DNA from: Ignavibacteria bacterium
GTDB lineage: Bacteria > Bacteroidota > Ignavibacteria > Kapaibacteriales > UBA2268
DNA length: 64,000 nt
Assembly (NCBI GenBank): GCA_016844745.1
Contig: JAERMQ010000013.1
Coordinates: 72,530-136,529, forward strand
Direction of reading: 5' to 3'
Shown: positions 58,458 to 64,000 of the stretch, in pieces
Numbering within the stretch: position 1 is the stretch's first letter
Layout of the letters: each line of letters opens with the position of its first letter
The notes under the pieces: model-generated
The model's input: the letters and a program-made list of their open reading frames with translations, nothing else
Told to the model about the DNA's origin: nothing
Databases searched by the model: none
Position numbers and translations under genes: made by a program

Positions 58458-60407
58458 TTGAACACTAAACCCGATATATCAATTATCATAGTCAATTATA
58501 ACGTTAAGGAGTTCCTATACGATTGTATTCGTTCAATTGAAAAAGCAAAGAAAGACTTACAAATTGAAATAATCGTTGTTGATAATAATTCTTCCGACGC
58601 TTCAGTACAGTTTTTACAACCAATTTTCCCATATATTCGTTTTATTTCCCTTGATGAAAATATTGGTTTCGGAAGAGCTAATAATATAGCCATTGAGCAG
58701 TCTACCGGAAAATTTGTACTTATTCTTAATCCTGATACGATTTTAAATGAAGATACTCTATCAGATATAAATAATTATATGCAGGCTCATCCTGAAGCAG
58801 GGATTGCCGGAGTAAAAATTTTGAATAAGGATGGTAGTTTTCAGCTTGCATGTAGGCGTGGCTTTCCAACTCCCTGGGCTGCTTTCTGCAAATTATACGG
58901 GTTGCAGAAACTATTCCCAAAATCTCCTTTCTTTGCCAGGTACAACCAGACTTTCAGGGATATTGACCAAACTTATGAAGTCGATGCAGTTATGGGAGCC
59001 TTTATGTTTTGCCGAAGAGAAGTTCTACAGGAATTAAATGGCTTCGACCCGGAATTTTTCATGTACGGTGAAGACCTCGATTTATGCTACCGCGCCAAAA
59101 AAATAGGGTGGAAGGTTGTATATGTTCATTCAACTTCAATCGTACATTTCAAAGGGGAGAGTACCCGAAGAAGTTCTTTGAATGATGTAAAAATTTTCTA
59201 TGATGCTATGGCAATATTTGCCCGAAAGCATACCGGTTCTTCAATTTTCCTGATTTTTATAAAGATTGGTATTTTTCTAAGAACACTTATAGCTCATTTT
59301 ATCAAACATAAATCAGACTTTCTCCTTATTCTGTACGATATTATATCTGTTAACTTTTCGCTGATTTTAGCTACAAAAATCCGTAAGGGAGAATTTTTCA
59401 ATTTCCCCGATTATGCTTATCCTACTGTATTCATTGTTGCATCTTTGGTTATATTTTCTTCAATGTTTTTTATCGGTGAGTATTTTGAATCGAAGCCATC
59501 TGTCAGGCGTTCATTTACAGGTATGATGTCGAGTTTTTTTATATTATCCTCGCTAACTTATTTCTTTAATGAATATGCATTTAGTCGTGGAATTTTGTTG
59601 ATGACCATTGGTTTTTCAATCATTCTGACATCTGCATTACGATTGGTTTTGGATATATATGATAAAAATTTCGGCAGAACATCTGTCAAACGAGTAGCAT
59701 TCATTGGAATAAATGAGTTAACCGACAGGATTATTCAATCGATAACATCTGAAAATCTACATAAAATAGATATTGCAGGATTGATTATATTTAAAGATAA
59801 CCTACAACATCAAAAATATCCGATTATCGGTCATGCTGATTATATACAAAAAATTATCGATGATTATAGATTAGATGAGGTAATAATTACCGATTCAAAA
59901 TTCTCCGGAACAAATCTGATACGCATTTTGGAAAATTCACATAATCCTTCTGTCCGTTTTCATATAGCCCATCGATACGAAGAATTTATTATATCAAATC
60001 TTATTGAAAATATAGTCGGATTGGGATCAACCGCAGCCCGTTACAACTTAACTTTACCGCGTTACCGCTTTGCAAAGCGAACAATCGATATAATTTTTTC
60101 TTTTATACTATTAACAATTTGTTTACCTTTGCTTTTTGTAACCGTTGAAAATAGAAAAAAAACGATAAGGGATATTTATTACGTTTTAATCGGGAAATAT
60201 TCATTAATAGGTTTATTTCATCTGAATAAAGATAAAATCGAAACAGGTAAAATAGGATTGACCGGATTAGCTCATTTAAGCAGACCGGAAAACCTGTCCC
60301 CTGAAGCAATTAATGACCTTAATAATTATTACTTGCAGAATTACAAATACTCTTTGGATATTGATATATTTTTCAAATTTATATTCAGGAAAAAACGTGG
60401 CTTCTAA
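58458..60407 (+). CDS. Family 2 glycosyltransferase fused to a C-terminal membrane/sugar-transferase-like region
   Basis: [14 protein letters not shown]...[14 protein letters not shown]2 N-terminal domain, central TM helices, C-terminal segment with weak similarity to polyprenyl glycosylphosphotransferase. Confidence 0.55.
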   Translation: MNTKPDISIIIVNYNVKEFLYDCIRSIEKAKKDLQIEIIVVDNNSSDASVQFLQPIFPYIRFISLDENIGFGRANNIAIEQSTGKFVLILNPDTILNEDTLSDINNYMQAHPEAGIAGVKILNKDGSFQLACRRGFPTPWAAFCKLYGLQKLFPKSPFFARYNQTFRDIDQTYEVDAVMGAFMFCRREVLQELNGFDPEFFMYGEDLDLCYRAKKIGWKVVYVHSTSIVHFKGESTRRSSLNDVKIFYDAMAIFARKHTGSSIFLIFIKIGIFLRTLIAHFIKHKSDFLLILYDIISVNFSLILATKIRKGEFFNFPDYAYPTVFIVASLVIFSSMFFIGEYFESKPSVRRSFTGMMSSFFILSSLTYFFNEYAFSRGILLMTIGFSIILTSALRLVLDIYDKNFGRTSVKRVAFIGINELTDRIIQSITSENLHKIDIAGLIIFKDNLQHQKYPIIGHADYIQKIIDDYRLDEVIITDSKFSGTNLIRILENSHNPSVRFHIAHRYEEFIISNLIENIVGLGSTAARYNLTLPRYRFAKRTIDIIFSFILLTICLPLLFVTVENRKKTIRDIYYVLIGKYSLIGLFHLNKDKIETGKIGLTGLAHLSRPENLSPEAINDLNNYYLQNYKYSLDIDIFFKFIFRKKRGF

Positions 60408-61356
60408 ATTTACTCTTGAATTCGAAAAACCGATTTTCGAATTGGAAAAGAAAATCGACGAAATGCGGCAGTTGTCTGTCGATTCGCTCGATTTAACTGA
60501 AGAAATCAGCGTTTTGGAAAAAAAAGTGGAAGAACTACGTCTTTCTATTTATAAGAACTTAACACGTTGGCAAAGAGTTCAAATTGCTCGTCATCCGGAA
60601 CGTCCTTTAACATCAGATTATATTGAAAATATTTTTACCGATTTCGTTGAATTATTCGGTGACCGTAATGTGCGGGACGACCCTGCCATAATAGGTGGAA
60701 TGGCTCAATTCAACGGAGAATCGGTTATGGTAATCGGGCATCAAAAAGGCAGGGATACAAAAGGCAATATTCATAGAAATTTCGGTATGCCTCATCCCGA
60801 AGGTTATAGAAAAGCGTTGCGTTTAGTTAAATTAGCCGAAAAATTCCGAAAACCTGTATTTACTTTCATTGATACACCTGGCGCTTTCCCGGGTATTGAA
60901 GCTGAGGAACGTGGTCAAGCCGAAGCAATTGCCCGGAATCTGTTTTCTTTTTCGAGCCTGAAAGTTCCGATTATTGTAATTATTATAGGTGAGGGAGCCT
61001 CTGGTGGCGCTATTGGTATTGCAGTTGGTGACAGGATACTTATGCTGGAAAATGCATGGTATTCGGTTATATCGCCTGAATCATGCTCTTCGATTTTATG
61101 GCGAAGCTGGGATTACAAGGAAACAGCAGCCGAAGCTTTGCAATTAACAGCGCCGGATTTGAAGCATCAGGGAATAATAGATACCATTGTTCCGGAACCG
61201 GTAGGTGGCGCTCATCGAAATCCAAATGAAATGTTCTCCATTCTTAAGGACGTTTTAACTGTGGAATTGAATAGTCTCAGGAAAATTGCACCTGAGGAAT
61301 TGGTAAAACAACGTCGGGAGAAGTTCTATTCGATGGGTGTGTATAATGAGATTTGA
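60397..61356 (+). CDS. accA: Acetyl-CoA carboxylase carboxyltransferase alpha subunit
   Basis: [15 protein letters not shown]...[26 protein letters not shown] probable GTG start at 60397 ([11 protein letters not shown]) would overlap the upstream gene by 11 nt. The ORF-track start at 60313 adds an implausible leader. Confidence 0.85.
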   Translation: MASKFTLEFEKPIFELEKKIDEMRQLSVDSLDLTEEISVLEKKVEELRLSIYKNLTRWQRVQIARHPERPLTSDYIENIFTDFVELFGDRNVRDDPAIIGGMAQFNGESVMVIGHQKGRDTKGNIHRNFGMPHPEGYRKALRLVKLAEKFRKPVFTFIDTPGAFPGIEAEERGQAEAIARNLFSFSSLKVPIIVIIIGEGASGGAIGIAVGDRILMLENAWYSVISPESCSSILWRSWDYKETAAEALQLTAPDLKHQGIIDTIVPEPVGGAHRNPNEMFSILKDVLTVELNSLRKIAPEELVKQRREKFYSMGVYNEI

Positions 61357-61367
61357 GAATATAAAAA

Positions 61368-61442
61368 TTAAGAGAAACCCCCTAACCCCCTTTGAAAAAG
61401 GGGGAATTTATTATTCCACCTTTTTCAAAGGGGGTTAGGGGG
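61368..61442 (+). terminator. Strong rho-independent terminator / long palindrome after accA
   Basis: aaaccccctaaccccctttgaaaaaggggg ... cctttttcaaagggggttagggggttt forms a ~28-bp stem followed by ttttcttt. Confidence 0.7.
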
Positions 61443-61497
61443 TTTTTCTTTGTATATTGAATTAAATTGACAATTTTATTAACTAAACAAGAAAAAT

Positions 61498-62166
61498 ATG
61501 CAATCAGGGGAATTTGATTTATTTAAAAATGTTATCGATGTCTTTTTACATTTAGATAAGTATCTGGACAAGATTATTTCTCAATATGGCATGTTAACTT
61601 ATGCCATTCTTTTTTTCATTATATTTTGCGAAACAGGATTGGTTATAGCGCCCTTCCTTCCGGGTGATTCACTTTTATTTGCCGCCGGCTCGATAGCAGC
61701 TCTCGGTAGCATTAATCCCTGGATATTATTCATTCTGTTAAGTATTGCCGCAATTATCGGTGATACTGTCAATTATTGGATAGGGCATTATATCGGACCA
61801 AGGGTATTCAAGGAAAATGTAAGATTTCTGAAAAAGGAATATTTAGACAGAACACATGCATTTTATGAAAAACACGGAGGGAAGACTATTATCATAGCTC
61901 GCTTCGTGCCTATTATCCGCACATTTGCACCATTTGTAGCCGGAATCGGAGCTATGACTTATAGTAAATTTATTTTATACAACATAGTTGGTGGCATTGC
62001 CTGGACCGGCATATTCATTTTTGCAGGCTATTTATTCGGAAGTCATCCTTATGTAAAAAAGAATTTCAGTATTGTAATTATTGTTATTATATTAATATCC
62101 GTATTGCCGATTGTTATAGAATTTTTGAAAAGCAGAGCGAGAAAGCAGAAGATTTCGCAGGAGTAG
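61498..62166 (+). CDS. DedA-family (SNARE-associated) membrane protein
   Basis: [16 protein letters not shown] signature. Confidence 0.8.
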   Translation: MQSGEFDLFKNVIDVFLHLDKYLDKIISQYGMLTYAILFFIIFCETGLVIAPFLPGDSLLFAAGSIAALGSINPWILFILLSIAAIIGDTVNYWIGHYIGPRVFKENVRFLKKEYLDRTHAFYEKHGGKTIIIARFVPIIRTFAPFVAGIGAMTYSKFILYNIVGGIAWTGIFIFAGYLFGSHPYVKKNFSIVIIVIILISVLPIVIEFLKSRARKQKISQE

Positions 62167-62176
62167 ATAGTAAAGA

Positions 62177-63337
62177 GTGGCAAAGATAATATATGTGTGG
62201 AAGGGAGTTTACCCCTGGGACGTTCGGGTCGAAAAAATATGCAAAGCGCTCGTTAAGCAAGGGCATCAGGTGCACCTGTTGGCGCGCTGCGATTATAACC
62301 AATATCCTCGTGAATATATCGATGATTACGAAGTAATCCGGGTTGGTTCGAATCATAAACGTTTTATTTCCACACCGATATCCAATAATCCCATGTGGCG
62401 TAATGCTATTAAAATGGCAATCGAGGAAATAAAGCCTGACCTGATTATACCCCGGGAGGTTATGTTGGCGGAAGTATGTTCTGAGTTTGCCCATAGAAAA
62501 GGAATCCCTGTCGTTATGGACATGGCAGAAAATTATCCGGAAGTTATGCGTGGTTGGAAGCAATATCAGAGCAAAATGTATTTGCGTTTATTAGTGCATT
62601 ATCTTCGTTATCCTGATTTTGTCGAGCGCAGGAGCGTTGGGATGATGGATGGGATTATTACAGTCTGCAGTGAACAAAGGGACCGCTTGAATAAACGATT
62701 TGGCTTCCCTTATGAAAAGATGCAAATTGTCCATAATACCCCTGAACTTTCATGGTTCGAAGGAGCGCGAAGAGGCTCATCAAATCCCCCGACAGTTTTT
62801 GCCTATCATGGATTTATTAATTATGAGCGAAATTTAAGTAATCTTATTAAAGGATTTGTCCGTGCATGTAAATCGGTTGATAATATCAAGTTGGTCATTG
62901 CAGGAAAAGGGGAAGAGTATAACGAGCTTTTAAATCAGGCAAAAAGCTCGACGGCAAGCGAGCATATTCATTTCAAAGGCGAATACGACCAAAGCGATAT
63001 GAAGCACCTTGTAGGAGAGATGGATATCGGAATTCTGCCATACAGGATTAATGCACATATCAATAATACGATTTCAAATAAGTTATTTGATTATTTAGCT
63101 GTCGGGAAACCGGTTATAGTATCTCAATCTCCACCCATGATAAGAATTATGGAAGAAACGAAAAGCGGAATTGTTGTGGATTGCACTTCGGAAAAATCAA
63201 TTGCAGAAGGCATTATTTCCGTAATGAATATGAATCTTGATGCAATGTCACGTAACGGATTGAAAGCTGCCCAGGAAAAATATAATTGGGAAGTTGACAG
63301 CCAGGTTATGGTAGGATTTCTGAATAGATTTTTGTAG
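62177..63337 (+). CDS. Family 4 (GT-B) glycosyltransferase
   Basis: GT-B two-domain pattern. C-terminal KLFDYLAVGKPVIVS motif region. Confidence 0.65.
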   Translation: MAKIIYVWKGVYPWDVRVEKICKALVKQGHQVHLLARCDYNQYPREYIDDYEVIRVGSNHKRFISTPISNNPMWRNAIKMAIEEIKPDLIIPREVMLAEVCSEFAHRKGIPVVMDMAENYPEVMRGWKQYQSKMYLRLLVHYLRYPDFVERRSVGMMDGIITVCSEQRDRLNKRFGFPYEKMQIVHNTPELSWFEGARRGSSNPPTVFAYHGFINYERNLSNLIKGFVRACKSVDNIKLVIAGKGEEYNELLNQAKSSTASEHIHFKGEYDQSDMKHLVGEMDIGILPYRINAHINNTISNKLFDYLAVGKPVIVSQSPPMIRIMEETKSGIVVDCTSEKSIAEGIISVMNMNLDAMSRNGLKAAQEKYNWEVDSQVMVGFLNRFL

Positions 63338-63390
63338 TTTCGGATAAATATTGTATCTTATCAATTTAAATAATATTAGTAATAAAATAT

Positions 63391-63855
63391 ATGCCAGAAT
63401 TTATATCCAACTCCGTTCAGGTGCATGTAGCGGCATTTGATGATACAACAGGCGATTTATCATTTCTGTTGCTTCAACGCTCTGAATCTGTTAATCCTTA
63501 TCCAATGCTCTGGCAAACCATTACCGGTTGGATTGAAGATGGTGAAACGGCACTTGAAGCTGCTATCCGGGAACTTAAAGAAGAAGTATCACTTGAGCCG
63601 CTAAAAATCTGGACATTACCTTATGTAGCCAATTTTTTTGATGCCGATAATGATTTAGTACATTCTTCCCCGGTTTTCGGCATTCTTGTCGATTTTAAGA
63701 AAGATATTACTATATCAGATGAGCATCAGGAATTTCTTTGGTTGAGATACAAACCTGCTTTGAAAAAATTAATGCTCCCTTCTCATAGAGATGGTCTTAA
63801 GATATTTAAAAAATTTATACTTACAAATATTAATGAAAATTATTTCTTAAGTTAA
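63391..63855 (+). CDS. NUDIX hydrolase
   Basis: Nudix box GETALEAAIRELKEEVSL (G-x5-E-x7-REuxEExGu). Confidence 0.8.
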   Translation: MPEFISNSVQVHVAAFDDTTGDLSFLLLQRSESVNPYPMLWQTITGWIEDGETALEAAIRELKEEVSLEPLKIWTLPYVANFFDADNDLVHSSPVFGILVDFKKDITISDEHQEFLWLRYKPALKKLMLPSHRDGLKIFKKFILTNINENYFLS

Positions 63856-63912
63856 TATTATAATTATATGTATTATCAATTTATTATAGCGTTTATATAA
63901 AGAACTTTAAAT

Positions 63913-64000
63913 TATGCTGAAAATAGCTTCAATTGTAGTTACTTACAATCGTTTAGAACTGTTAAAAAAGGTTATATCATCATTAAAAAGTCAGACCAGA
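63913..64000 (+). CDS. Partial family 2 glycosyltransferase (N-terminus; continues beyond window)
   Basis: MLKIASIVVTYNRLELLKKVISSLKSQT is the classic GT2 N-terminal beta-alpha motif. Confidence 0.5.

Overview
This is a low-GC (~35%) chromosomal window, probably from a Bacteroidota/Ignavibacteria-like organism, judging by the many T9SS/Por C-terminal sorting domains. About 35 protein genes can be assigned from recognisable motifs; everything here is read by eye from the sequence and ORF translations, with no searches run. Housekeeping genes are: tmRNA (ssrA, minus strand), an M20 dipeptidase, a glycerophosphodiester phosphodiesterase, an EF-G paralogue, tsaB, purB, dsbD, hprK, hpf, metH, accA, a DedA protein, a Nudix hydrolase, a long methyl-accepting chemotaxis protein, and a 1457-aa BadF/BcrA-type activase fused to an HgdB-like domain. 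An exopolysaccharide locus spans ~49.4-63.3 kb (GT2 and GT4 glycosyltransferases, Wza-like export protein, Wzi-like protein, WbaP-like sugar transferase). Interspersed is a lot of accessory material: (i) a REP-associated tyrosine transposase (RAYT, Y1 HuH) with copies of its 22-bp palindromic REP both in a 91-bp tandem array reaching into its 5' end and in inverted orientation around the catalytic core; (ii) a contiguous minus-strand block with DarT (ssDNA ADP-ribosyltransferase toxin), a DarG-like macro-domain antitoxin, a solitary beta-class amino DNA methyltransferase, a DEDDy 3'-5' exonuclease and a DUF4337 protein; (iii) two paralogous proteins with an N-terminal small domain (resembling DUF5678, by eye) fused to a retropepsin-like aspartic protease, each next to a classical TA pair (HicAB; ParE/antitoxin), one followed by a second stand-alone retropepsin; (iv) an MNT/HEPN pair; (v) at least three families of dispersed palindromic REP-like or hairpin elements, telomere-like G-rich repeats and heptamer microsatellites. 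The RAYT/REP arrangement and the retropepsin-fusion loci are the best candidates for undescribed biology.
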